DNA of 64,000 bases from an uncultured Gemmatimonadaceae bacterium (GTDB lineage: Bacteria; Gemmatimonadota; Gemmatimonadetes; Gemmatimonadales; Gemmatimonadaceae): contig CAVXGK010000001.1 of the NCBI GenBank assembly GCA_963761305.1, forward strand, positions 1,504,001-1,568,000, given 5' to 3'. The notes under the pieces were generated by a model, which saw only the letters and a program-made list of their open reading frames with translations, was not told the DNA's origin and ran no database searches. Within the stretch, counting starts at the first letter, position 1. Each line of letters starts with the position of its first letter. Position numbers and translations under genes: made by a program. Below are positions 39,238-48,594 of this stretch, piece after piece.

Positions 39238-39338
39238 GGTCGCGACCACGCCGGGAACGCGTTCTTTGGGTGGGGACAGAAGTTGGTCCCCAGACGAGAT
39301 TTCGAGGCGCGTGACGTCAGGCGTTTCCGCGCGCGACC
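39238..39338. other. Predicted ~100-nt rod-like structured RNA upstream of the MFS gene
   Basis: Four nested helices: 39238-44/39332-38, 39248-52/39320-24, 39257-62/39307-12 and 39271-77/39286-92. Confidence 0.35.
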
Positions 39339-39368
39339 CTCGCTTCGTAAACGGCTTCTCCTCTCCTC

Positions 39369-40661
39369 GTGCCGAATCGCAACAGCGCCGACATCGCAAA
39401 ACTGATCGTTCTGATGATCACCGCGTTCATCGACATGGTCGGAACGCTGATGATCATTCCTCTGCTGCCGTTTTACGCCAAGAATTTCGGCGCGAACGGG
39501 CTCGTCGTCGGCTTGCTGGTCTCGTCGTTCGCCGTGGCGCAGCTCCTCAGCGCGCCGATGTGGGGACGGTTCTCCGACCGCTACGGGCGGCGGCCGGCGC
39601 TGATCGTCGGCATGTCGGCGTCGGCGATCGCGTACGTGGTCTTCGCGTACTCGAACACGCTGTGGCTGCTGTTCCTCTCGCGCCTCATTCAGGGATCGGG
39701 CGGCGGCACGGTGAGCGTGATTCAAGCATACGTCGCCGACGCGGTCGAACCGGAACAGCGGGCCAAGGCGTTGGGCTGGCTGTCCGCGGCGACCAACGCC
39801 GGCGTGGCGCTCGGTCCCGTGATCGGATCGCGTTTCGTCACGTTCGGGCCTCACGCGCCGGGCCTCGCCGCGGCCGGACTTTGCGTGCTCAACATCCTTT
39901 TCGCGCTCCGCTATCTGGTGGAGTCGCGCGACATGGTCGAAGCCCGTTCGAGTGTCCACAGGAAAGGCAGGTCGCGGGACGCGGTGCTGCGGGTGATCAC
40001 GCGATCGAGCGAAGCGCCTTCGCGTTTGGTTTGGATCTACGCGATCGGCATCGGGGCTTTTCAGGGTTTGAATGCGATTCTTGCGCTGTTCCTGGCGTCG
40101 CGCTTCGGTGTGACGTCCAACACGATCGGATATTTCTACACGTACATCGGCGTGATCTCGGTGTTGACGCGGGCGGTCATTCTCGGGTGGGCGGTCGATC
40201 GTTTCGGCGAGGCCAAGCTGTCGCGCGTGGGACAGTTGCTGCTCGCGACGGGGCTCGCGACGATGCCGTTCATTCATCGCCTGCAGGATCCAGCGTCGGT
40301 GGCGGCGAGGTTGGGGGGCCTGCTTCCGGTCTCAGCCGTAGCGCTGCTGCCGTTCCTGCCGCTCGCGTTGGCGGTTGCGCTCTTGCCCCTCGGCACCGCC
40401 TTCACGTTTCCTTGCGTGACTGCGCTGCTGTCCCGGGTAATTCCGAGCAGCGAACGCGGTTTGTACATGGGCGTCCAGCAGACGTTCGGCGGAACGGCGC
40501 GGGTGGTGTTTCCGATCCTCGCGGGCCTGGCGTTCGACCGGAATCAGGCGCTGCCGTTTCTGGGTGCGGCCACCCTCGTGGCCGGCACGATTTTCTTGGG
40601 GCTGGGTATGGAGGAATTCACCCGCCCAAAGCACGAACCTGAGCCTGCGGCGGCGGCTTAG
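39369..40661 (+). CDS. MFS transporter (TetA/DHA1-like)
   Basis: IPLLPFYA, motif A (WGRFSDRYGRRP), QAYVAD; about 12 TM segments. Confidence 0.92.
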   Translation: MPNRNSADIAKLIVLMITAFIDMVGTLMIIPLLPFYAKNFGANGLVVGLLVSSFAVAQLLSAPMWGRFSDRYGRRPALIVGMSASAIAYVVFAYSNTLWLLFLSRLIQGSGGGTVSVIQAYVADAVEPEQRAKALGWLSAATNAGVALGPVIGSRFVTFGPHAPGLAAAGLCVLNILFALRYLVESRDMVEARSSVHRKGRSRDAVLRVITRSSEAPSRLVWIYAIGIGAFQGLNAILALFLASRFGVTSNTIGYFYTYIGVISVLTRAVILGWAVDRFGEAKLSRVGQLLLATGLATMPFIHRLQDPASVAARLGGLLPVSAVALLPFLPLALAVALLPLGTAFTFPCVTALLSRVIPSSERGLYMGVQQTFGGTARVVFPILAGLAFDRNQALPFLGAATLVAGTIFLGLGMEEFTRPKHEPEPAAAA

Positions 40662-40713
40662 TCGTCAGTCCAGGTGGGCGCTTCGTCGCGAAACCATTGG
40701 GAGGGGAAATACA

Positions 40714-42744
40714 ATGTTGGTTGGTCGTTCTCGGGCAGTTCTCGTGTTGGCGGCCGGCCTTTGGGGGGCGGCTTGTGGCGGGTCGGACTCCACGGGCACC
40801 ACTAGCACGACCACCCCGTCCGGTCTGACGATCGTCAGCGGAAACGGGCAGGTCGGGCTGATTGGGACGGCGCTCGCCCAACCGCTGGTGGTAAAGGTGA
40901 CGGGTGCAACGGGCGCTCCACTCTCCGGCATCGCGGTGCAATTCAGCGTCGCGAGCGGCTCGGCGACAGTCTTGCCGTCGACGGCGGCGACTGACGTCAC
41001 GGGCCAGGCCAAGGCCGTGGTGACGCTGGGCACGTCGGCCGGAAACGTCTCGGTTCTCGCGGCGGTGGTCGGCACGAACCTCGCGGCGTCATTCGTCGTG
41101 ACCGCGGGGACCACATCGCAGACCCTCGCGTGCACGAGCAACGCCGCCCAGACGCCGGCGGTCGGAGGAGTTCTGCCAGGCATCAGCGGGACCGGCATTT
41201 GTCTGGGTGCGGGCGCCGGAGGGTCGGACTACGCGCTCGTTGCCTTCTTCGGCAATCCTGATCCGAGCATTCTCGGCCAGGTGAATGTCACGGCGAGCGG
41301 GGCGACGGCGTTGTCGACGCCCGACGTGGCGCCGCTAGCCAACGTCTTCGCCACGGCGCCAAAGCCGGGCTTCTCGATGCGGACGTCAGACGTGCAGGAG
41401 CAATTCGACCTCAAGCTCCGCCGCATCGCGCAGAAGGAGCTCGCTCCGCTCGTGCCCGGCGCGCGCGCCGCCATGCGCAGCCATGCGCTGTTCAACGCGA
41501 TTCCGAGTTCGCTCACGGTGGGGCAGATCGTCACGCTTAACGCCAACGGGACGGATGGCTGCACGAACGCGATCAACGTCGGCGCGCGCGTCGTGACGAT
41601 CTCGAATACGACGTATATCCTGGCCGACACGGCCAACCCGACCGGCGGATTCGCCGACTCGGACTACGCAGCGTTCGCGACGATGTTCGACACGCTGATC
41701 AATCCGCTGGACGTGCAGACCTTCGGGCAACCGACCGACATCGATCACAACGGCAAGGTCGTCATCCTCTTCACGAAAGAGGTGAACAAGCTCACGCCGC
41801 GCGGATCGAACGGCGTGGTGGGCGGTTTTTTCTTCGACCGCGACTTGTTCCCGACGACGTCCAACGCCGAGTTCGAAGGATGTCCGACGAGCAACGTCGG
41901 CGAGATGTTCTACGTGCTGGTGCCCGACCCCAACGCCGTGTTCAGCGACAAGCGCACGGCGTCGGACGTGCTCTCACTCACGCCGGGCACGCTCGCGCAC
42001 GAGTATCAGCACCTGATCAACGCCGGCCGGCGCCTCTACGTGAACACGACCGCCGACTACCCGGAAGTCGTGTGGCTCAACGAAGGACTTAGCCATATCG
42101 CCGAAGAGCTGTTGTTCTACAAGGCGACGCAACTCGCGCCGCGGCAGAACATCGACTTGAACGCGGCGCGCAATGTGTCGGCGCAGTTCTCTCAGTACCA
42201 GGGGAGCAACTTCGGACGCTTCAACGAATTCATCACGAATCCGCCGCAGACGTCGCCGTACGCCGACAACGACGACCTGAACACGCGAGGCGCGACGTGG
42301 TACCTGCTTCGCTATCTCGCGGATCATCATGGCACGAGCGACGGCCAGACGTTTTTCCAGCTGACCAACGGCCCGGACACCGGCCAGGTCAATCTGTCGC
42401 ACGTCTTCGGCCCCGATTATCTGACGCAAATCCGCGACTGGGCCACGGCGGTATTCAGCGACGACGTCCCCGGCGTGACCGACGCGCGATTCCTGGCGCC
42501 GAGCTGGAACATGCGCAGCATCTTCCCGGGACTGGCGAACAGCAGCGGCGGAGCGTTGGGCAAGTACCCGCTCGCGGTCGTTCCGCTGTCCGACGCGACT
42601 CCCGCGAGTCTCCTCGTGAACGCGGGCGGCGTGGCGTATCTGCGGTTCACGGTTCCGACGGGAAGTCAGGCGTCGATCGACTGGACGTCATCCGGGTTGC
42701 CGGTGAGTCCGTTCTTCCAGTTCACCATCGTTAGAACTCGCTAA
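40714..42744 (+). CDS. Lipoprotein with Ig-like (Big_1) domain and zinc metallopeptidase domain (M30/hyicolysin-like)
   Basis: Lipobox WGAAC; VSGNGQ.G...L..PLVVKV Ig motif; HEYQH...WLNEGLSHIAEE. Confidence 0.8.
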   Translation: MLVGRSRAVLVLAAGLWGAACGGSDSTGTTSTTTPSGLTIVSGNGQVGLIGTALAQPLVVKVTGATGAPLSGIAVQFSVASGSATVLPSTAATDVTGQAKAVVTLGTSAGNVSVLAAVVGTNLAASFVVTAGTTSQTLACTSNAAQTPAVGGVLPGISGTGICLGAGAGGSDYALVAFFGNPDPSILGQVNVTASGATALSTPDVAPLANVFATAPKPGFSMRTSDVQEQFDLKLRRIAQKELAPLVPGARAAMRSHALFNAIPSSLTVGQIVTLNANGTDGCTNAINVGARVVTISNTTYILADTANPTGGFADSDYAAFATMFDTLINPLDVQTFGQPTDIDHNGKVVILFTKEVNKLTPRGSNGVVGGFFFDRDLFPTTSNAEFEGCPTSNVGEMFYVLVPDPNAVFSDKRTASDVLSLTPGTLAHEYQHLINAGRRLYVNTTADYPEVVWLNEGLSHIAEELLFYKATQLAPRQNIDLNAARNVSAQFSQYQGSNFGRFNEFITNPPQTSPYADNDDLNTRGATWYLLRYLADHHGTSDGQTFFQLTNGPDTGQVNLSHVFGPDYLTQIRDWATAVFSDDVPGVTDARFLAPSWNMRSIFPGLANSSGGALGKYPLAVVPLSDATPASLLVNAGGVAYLRFTVPTGSQASIDWTSSGLPVSPFFQFTIVRTR

Positions 42745-42771
42745 CGCCGCCCGACAGGATTCAACGATGAA

Positions 42772-42802
42772 AACGGGGCGCCACAGTGAGTGGCGCCCCG
42801 TT
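42772..42802 (-). terminator. Rho-independent terminator hairpin between convergent genes
   Basis: Perfect 13-bp stem AACGGGGCGCCAC/GTGGCGCCCCGTT with a 5-nt loop. Short U tract on the minus strand. Confidence 0.75.
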
Positions 42803-42825
42803 CGGCATTCAGACTCGCGGCTTGG

Positions 42826-43449
42826 TCAGGCCTTCTCGCGCGCCGGCTCGCCCGCCAGACTCGGTTCGCTCGCCAGCACCGCGCGCGCGATGTCGACCAT
42901 CGGCACCGACCGGTCCTGACTCGTGCGTTGCAGGATGCGATACGCCTCCTGCTCCGACGAACCCGTGCGCCGCATGAGAATTCCTTTCGCGCGCTCGATC
43001 GTCTTGCGATTCTCCAGCGCCTGTCGCGCCGACTCGGCGTCGTGCCGCGCCGACGCGAGCTCCTTGGCGCGCGTGGCGGCGAGACGAATCGTCGAGTCGA
43101 GCACCTTCGGCGGTGCCGGCTTCGGCAGGAACGCGATCGCCGCCGTCGACGTCACCTCGCGATCGCTCAGCGTCAACGTGTGATCGCCGCTGAACAACAC
43201 GACGGCGATGCCGGGAATCGCTTGCGTGATCGCCTCGGCGGCTTCGATGCCGGAACCGTCGGGCATGTGCACGTCGAGCAGCACCACGTCCGGTGCGACG
43301 TCCTTCGAGCGTTCAAAAGCCTCGCGGCCAGTCGACACCTCGGCGACGACGGTGTGACCGAGCGTGCTGAGAAGGTCGGTGAGGAGCGAGCGGGCGTTGT
43401 CGTCGTCTTCAGCAACGAGCAACCGGATTCGCGGAGCGGCGTCTGTCAT
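42826..43449 (-). CDS. ANTAR domain response regulator (REC + ANTAR, AmiR/NasT/EutV-like)
   Basis: VAEDD, LLDVHMP and LPKP; C-terminal RKTIERAKGILM...EQEAYRILQRTS. Confidence 0.93.
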   Translation of the reverse strand: MTDAAPRIRLLVAEDDDNARSLLTDLLSTLGHTVVAEVSTGREAFERSKDVAPDVVLLDVHMPDGSGIEAAEAITQAIPGIAVVLFSGDHTLTLSDREVTSTAAIAFLPKPAPPKVLDSTIRLAATRAKELASARHDAESARQALENRKTIERAKGILMRRTGSSEQEAYRILQRTSQDRSVPMVDIARAVLASEPSLAGEPAREKA

Positions 43450-43501
43450 CGGAAGCAATTTGGGGACGCGTCAGAGGTGGCGCCAGCGGCGAACGGGGCT
43501 G

Positions 43502-45520
43502 TCAGCTCTCGGCAGCCACGTGCGCGAGCAATTCGGATGTTCTAACGGGCTTGCGCAAAATGAAATCTCCGTCGTTGCCGCCGCCGACACCGCTCGGTTC
43601 CCAGCCGGTCACGACTCCGATTCGAATCGACGGCCACCGTTCACGGACGGCGGCGATGAGCTCCCAGCCGCTTCCATCCGACAATCCGATGTCCGTCACC
43701 AGTACCTCGTAATTCGCGTCCGAATGCTCGAGCCGCCGCAGTGCCTCACCGACGCCCGCCGCCGCGTCCACGCGATGTCCGTCGGACTCGAGCAGCGCCT
43801 GCATGAACTCGCGACTGTCGATGTGATCTTCGACCAGTAACACGCGGCGCGGCGTCCGTCTTCGGACGTCAACAGCCGAGCCCGCCGGCGACGTAGCCAT
43901 CTGCGACGACGCGACCGGGAAGATCAGACGGATGGTCGTTCCCTTCCCCAACTCGGACGAGATCTCGGCACGCCCGCGATGGCGTTTCACGATGCCGTAC
44001 ACTTCGGCGAGCCCCAGTCCGGTGCCCGCGCGCCCTTTCGTCGTGAAGAACGGCTCGAACGCGCGTTCGCGAACCTCCGCCGTCATGCCGGTCCCCGAGT
44101 CGCTCACCTCGAGCCGCGCCTCGGCGTTCTCGAGCGCCGTACGAAGCCCGAGCGTGCCGCCGTGCGGCATGGCGTCGAGCGAATTCTGCACGAGGTTGAG
44201 CAGCGCCTCGCGGATCTCGCCGCCGAGTCCGCGGATGACCGCGCCGCGTCCGAGCTCGCGCTGCAGCTTGACCGTGCCGCCGCGGGCGCGTTCCGCCCAC
44301 AAGGGCCGCGTCATCGCCACGACCTCGTCGCAGACGAGCGAGAGATCCACGACTTCCTCACGGCCCGGTTGCAGCGGCTCCTGCCGAATGAACCGGCCGA
44401 CGCGCGCCGCGGTCGCCGCGCCGGTCTCCGCCGCCTTGGCGATGCGCACCGCATAGTCGCGCACGGCAGCGGGGTTGTCCGCGTTCGTTTCGAGCAGATA
44501 CGCGGCCGCCATGATCGGATTGAGCGCATTGTTCACGTCGTGCATCACGCCGGCGGCGAGTTGGCCGACGGCGGCGAGCCGGCGCTCGCGCGCGCGCGCT
44601 TCCTGGAGCGCGAGCAGCTCGGCGGTGCGCTCCTGCACCATGCGCTCGAGCCGCTCGGCTTCCGTCGAGACGCGCTCGAACAGCTCGGCCGTGCGTCGCG
44701 CTTCTTCCTCGAGGGCCTTGGCGAGCTGCGTCTTGGCGGTGACGTCGCGCTCCACGGTGACAGCGCCGCGAATCTTTCCCTGCTCGTCGTAGAGCGGATT
44801 CGAGTTGACCTCGATGATCACCGACGCGCCCTCGACGCCGCGACGCACCGACAGCGTCTCGCCGCGCACGCGTTCGCCGCGCAGCGCTCGCGCCGTCGGA
44901 TGCTCGTGCATGAAGAGACTCGTGCCCTGCATGGTGCGCGGGCGGTCGAGCTGCCACACCTCGCGAAGCGTGGACGGCTGCATTCCGCCGTCCGCGTGGT
45001 CCTGCAGCGCCTGCGTATTCGACCGCACCGTGCGGCCGTCGATGTCCACGACGCGCACCGAGTCCGGAATGACGTCGAAGATCGACTCCAGCTGCGCGAC
45101 GCTGCGCCCCAACGTGCCGCGCAGCTCTTCGCGTTCGCTGACGTCGGTTCCCGCGAACAGAATCGAGCGGCTGCCGGCGTCCTCGCCGATCGCGGTGAAC
45201 GTCGTCTCGATCAGCCGCCGCCCGCTGCGATAGTGAAACGGCACTCGCTCGGCGGCGCGCCCGGTCACGCCTCGAACGGCGGCGTCGATTTGCTCCGTGA
45301 GGTCGGCGAGCGCGTTGGGAAACGCGTCGTAGATCGACAGACGGGTGGATGCGGGTGCATCGACCCCGGTGAGCTCGCGATAGCGCGTGTTCGCGCTCAA
45401 CAGACGAAGCTCGCCGTCGAAGATCGCGATCGACAGCGGAATCGCCTCGAACAACGCCTCGAATCGCACACCGGTCAGCCCGATGTGCGCAAACTCGACG
45501 CCGGTCGATTGCTCCGTCAT
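43502..45520 (-). CDS. Cytoplasmic hybrid PAS-PAS histidine kinase with C-terminal receiver
   Basis: GVMHDVNNAL, NLVQNSLDAM, FEPFFTTKG.GTGLGL, then VEDH..TDIGL..RKP; no TM segment. Confidence 0.92.
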   Translation of the reverse strand: MTEQSTGVEFAHIGLTGVRFEALFEAIPLSIAIFDGELRLLSANTRYRELTGVDAPASTRLSIYDAFPNALADLTEQIDAAVRGVTGRAAERVPFHYRSGRRLIETTFTAIGEDAGSRSILFAGTDVSEREELRGTLGRSVAQLESIFDVIPDSVRVVDIDGRTVRSNTQALQDHADGGMQPSTLREVWQLDRPRTMQGTSLFMHEHPTARALRGERVRGETLSVRRGVEGASVIIEVNSNPLYDEQGKIRGAVTVERDVTAKTQLAKALEEEARRTAELFERVSTEAERLERMVQERTAELLALQEARARERRLAAVGQLAAGVMHDVNNALNPIMAAAYLLETNADNPAAVRDYAVRIAKAAETGAATAARVGRFIRQEPLQPGREEVVDLSLVCDEVVAMTRPLWAERARGGTVKLQRELGRGAVIRGLGGEIREALLNLVQNSLDAMPHGGTLGLRTALENAEARLEVSDSGTGMTAEVRERAFEPFFTTKGRAGTGLGLAEVYGIVKRHRGRAEISSELGKGTTIRLIFPVASSQMATSPAGSAVDVRRRTPRRVLLVEDHIDSREFMQALLESDGHRVDAAAGVGEALRRLEHSDANYEVLVTDIGLSDGSGWELIAAVRERWPSIRIGVVTGWEPSGVGGGNDGDFILRKPVRTSELLAHVAAES

Positions 45521-45535
45521 CGAACTGCCGCCCCG

Positions 45536-46774
45536 TCAGTCATGCGAAATGAGACGCGCGCCGCGTTGATACGTGAAGAAGGAATACGCCCACTCCAGCA
45601 GGACGACCGCCCGGTTGCGGAATCCGGCCAGATACATGATGTGCACGAAAAGCCATGTCCACCACGCCAGCCAACCCCTCAAATGCTTGCCAGCGACGAC
45701 CCCGACCGCCTTGTACCGCCCGATCGTGGCCAGCTCGCCCTTGTTGACGTACCGAAAGCGCTCCCGCCCCTCGCGCCGAATGGTGTGGAGGACGTTGCGC
45801 GCCGCCGCCTTTCCGCTCTGGATTGCGGCCGGGGCGATGGCCGGCACCGGCCGCCCCTTGGTGTGCAGTACAGCCAAATCACCCACGACGAACACGTCGG
45901 GCAAGCCGGGGACGCTCAAGTCGTCCGCCACCTGGACTCGTCCCATCCGGTCCATCGGCGCGCCGAGCGACTTGCCGAGCGGCGAGGCGGCATTGCCCGC
46001 GGCCCAGAAAATCGTTCGCGCCTCGATTCGCTCCCCTTCCGCCTCCACCCAGCCGTCGCCGACGTTCGTGACGCGCACACTTGTGCGCACCTCGACGCCG
46101 AGCTCGATCAGGTCGCGGCGTGCCCGTTCTCCGAGGTCCTCGGGCATATAGGGCAGGAGCCGCGGTCCCGCCTCGAGCAACAGTACGCGCGCGGTGGCCG
46201 TGTCGATGTGACGGAAGTCTCTTGGCAGCGCGAACTTCGAGATCGTGGGCAGCATGCCCGCCAGTTCGACGCCGGTCGGCCCGCCCCCCACGATGACGAA
46301 CGTGAGTTGGGCGCTTCGTTCGGCTTCATCGGTCGTCCGGTCGGCCCGCTCGAACGCGAGCAGCCACCGGCGCCGCAGCTCGATCGCGTCGGTGGCGCTC
46401 TTGAGGCCCGGCGCGAACCGCTCCCACTCCGGATGGCCGAAATACGAATGGCTGGCCCCGGCGGCGACGATGAGGTAGTCGTACTCGAGATCCTGACCGT
46501 CGTCGCAGTGCACGATTCGGCGCGCCGGGTCGATCGATTCGACTTCGCCGAGGATGATGTCCGTGTTGCGCTGCTTGTGCAGGAGCCAGCGAATCGGCGT
46601 GCAGATGTCGGTCGGCGCGAGCGTTGCCGTCGCGACCTGATAGAGCAGCGGCTGAAAGACGTGGTGATTCGTGCGGTCGATGATGGTGACGTCGACGGAC
46701 GCGTCCTTGAACGTCCGCGCGGCATACAGGCCGCCGAATCCGGCGCCGATGATGACGACGCGCGGGCGAGTCAT
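45536..46774 (-). CDS. ndh: Type II NADH dehydrogenase (NAD(P)/FAD-dependent oxidoreductase)
   Basis: GAGFGG, FQPLLYQVAT, VGGGPTGVELAG, NKGELATIGR and LAGFRNR. Confidence 0.9.
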   Translation of the reverse strand: MTRPRVVIIGAGFGGLYAARTFKDASVDVTIIDRTNHHVFQPLLYQVATATLAPTDICTPIRWLLHKQRNTDIILGEVESIDPARRIVHCDDGQDLEYDYLIVAAGASHSYFGHPEWERFAPGLKSATDAIELRRRWLLAFERADRTTDEAERSAQLTFVIVGGGPTGVELAGMLPTISKFALPRDFRHIDTATARVLLLEAGPRLLPYMPEDLGERARRDLIELGVEVRTSVRVTNVGDGWVEAEGERIEARTIFWAAGNAASPLGKSLGAPMDRMGRVQVADDLSVPGLPDVFVVGDLAVLHTKGRPVPAIAPAAIQSGKAAARNVLHTIRREGRERFRYVNKGELATIGRYKAVGVVAGKHLRGWLAWWTWLFVHIMYLAGFRNRAVVLLEWAYSFFTYQRGARLISHD

Positions 46775-46778
46775 CGGC

Positions 46779-48386
46779 TCAGCGCGATTCGGGAACCGGC
46801 GGGCGCTCCGGTTCGGAACCGAACACGCTCAGGACGAGCCCCACGGCGAGCACGACGACGACGGCGATCAGGTTGTGCCAGAGGAACGACACGGCCGGCG
46901 CTCGGAAATTCACGAGACTCACCGCCGCGAGTCCGGTGATCATTCCGACGAACGCGCCGAACGCCGTGGCGCGCGGAATCATCGCCAGCAAGAAGACGCC
47001 GAGAATCGACCCATAGAAGAACGATCCGAACCGGTTCACGACCTCGATGAGCGATCCGAGGTTGACGGCGTAGTGCGCTACGATGCACGCGAATATCCCC
47101 CAGAATACGATCGACGCGCGCGACACGACCATATAGTGGGCGTCGGTCGCCTCGGGCTTGATCCATCGTCGATAGATGTCGATGACCGACGCGCTCGACA
47201 ACGACGTGAGCTCGCCGGAGATGGCGTTCATCGCCGCGGCGATGACGGCGGCGATGAAGATCCCCGCCAACCCGAGCGGGAGATGATCGACGACGAAGCG
47301 CGGGATGATGTAGTTGGCGTCGCTGCCCGACGTGTGCGTCAATCCGCGCGCGTACTCGAGCGCCTGGCCCCGCAGCGCCTCGCGGAGAAGCGGTGAGCTC
47401 GCCGTGTCGTAGCGCGCCTGGAGGTCGGCGAGAAACTGCGGGAACGCCGCGCGCATGGCGCGCTCGTGCTCCGGATTGAAGAGGATCGGACCCGTGTGGT
47501 ACTGGTAGTACACGAACACGAGCACGCCGACCAGCAGCACGAGCGCCTGGAGAGGAATCTTCCAGTAGGCGCTCATGAGAAGCGACGATCGCGCTTCGTC
47601 CACCGACTTGGCGGCGAGGTATCGCTGCACCTGGCTCTGGTCCGTTCCGAAGTACGAGAGCATGAGGAACGTGCCGCCGATCATCCCCGACCAGAACGTG
47701 TACGTGTTGGTGAGACTGAACGAGAAATCGAACACGCGCAGGTGGCCCGCCGCGCCGGCGACATGCAGCGCCGCCGATGGCGACACCGGAATCTTGATCA
47801 GCAGCGTGATGACGACCGCGAGCAGCGCGCCGACGATGAGGAACATCTGCTTGACGTCCACCCACGTCACCGCCTGCACGCCGCCGACCATCGCGTAGAG
47901 CACGGCCGGCACACCGATCAGCGCCACGCACCACCAGAGATTCCATCCGAAGATCGTCGAGAAGACGACCGCCGGCGCCGCGATGATCGTGCCGCACGAC
48001 ATGCCGCGCGACAACAAAAAGAGAAAAGCCGTCAGCGAGCGCGTGCGCGCGTCGAAGCGCCGCTCAAGGTACTCGTAGGCGGTGTACACGCCGGCGTTCT
48101 TGAGCAGCGGCACGAGCGTCACGCCCAGGATCACCATCGCCAGCGGCAATCCGAAGTAGAACTGGATGAACCGCATGCCGTCGGTCGCGCCCTGCCCCGT
48201 GGTGCCGATCATCGTCACGGCCGAGAGCTGCGTCGCCATCACCGACAACCCGACGGCCCACCACGGCAGGCTGCGGTGGGCGAGGAAGTAGCCGTCCATC
48301 TCGGACGTGCCTGTCGAGCGGCGCAGCCCCGTGGCCACCACGTAGGCCAGCCACGCCACCACGATCACCCAATTCAGTGGATTCAT
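46779..48386 (-). CDS. Sodium:solute symporter family protein
   Basis: YFLA.R.LPWWAVGLSVMATQLSA, TAYEYLERRF and YFGTDQSQVQRYL. Confidence 0.95.
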   Translation of the reverse strand: MNPLNWVIVVAWLAYVVATGLRRSTGTSEMDGYFLAHRSLPWWAVGLSVMATQLSAVTMIGTTGQGATDGMRFIQFYFGLPLAMVILGVTLVPLLKNAGVYTAYEYLERRFDARTRSLTAFLFLLSRGMSCGTIIAAPAVVFSTIFGWNLWWCVALIGVPAVLYAMVGGVQAVTWVDVKQMFLIVGALLAVVITLLIKIPVSPSAALHVAGAAGHLRVFDFSFSLTNTYTFWSGMIGGTFLMLSYFGTDQSQVQRYLAAKSVDEARSSLLMSAYWKIPLQALVLLVGVLVFVYYQYHTGPILFNPEHERAMRAAFPQFLADLQARYDTASSPLLREALRGQALEYARGLTHTSGSDANYIIPRFVVDHLPLGLAGIFIAAVIAAAMNAISGELTSLSSASVIDIYRRWIKPEATDAHYMVVSRASIVFWGIFACIVAHYAVNLGSLIEVVNRFGSFFYGSILGVFLLAMIPRATAFGAFVGMITGLAAVSLVNFRAPAVSFLWHNLIAVVVVLAVGLVLSVFGSEPERPPVPESR

Positions 48387-48432
48387 TCAGGGCGAAAGCG
48401 CAGAGGAAGACGTCGCCGCCGAACGCGCGGCG

Positions 48433-48594
48433 TCAGTGCGAGAAGTGCGACTGCAGCAGCCAGAGCAGCACGAGCGTGACGACTTGAACTGCGAGCACGC
48501 GGACGAGCGTCTTGCCGAATTGCCCGCTCGCGCCCGTCGCCGCGGGCTGGCGAGTCTGGCGTTGCGCGCCGCGCGATTCCTTCGGCGGACTCAT
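48433..48594 (-). CDS. Small 53-aa single-TM protein (absent from the ORF track)
   Basis: Hand translation: MSPPKESRGAQRQTRQPAATGASGQFGKTLVRVLAVQVVTLVLLWLLQSHFSH. Its ATG overlaps the PIG-L stop (ATGA). Confidence 0.75.
   Translation of the reverse strand: MSPPKESRGAQRQTRQPAATGASGQFGKTLVRVLAVQVVTLVLLWLLQSHFSH

Noticed and set aside
39238..39338. tRNA (7-bp closing stem) or SRP RNA
   Set aside because: No cloverleaf with a proper TTCRA T-loop on either strand and no SRP domain IV motif. Kept only as a generic structured RNA candidate.
43979..46939. 986-aa plus-strand ORF (and similar long antisense ORFs throughout)
   Set aside because: Antisense shadow of the kinase and ndh genes, typical of high-GC codon bias.
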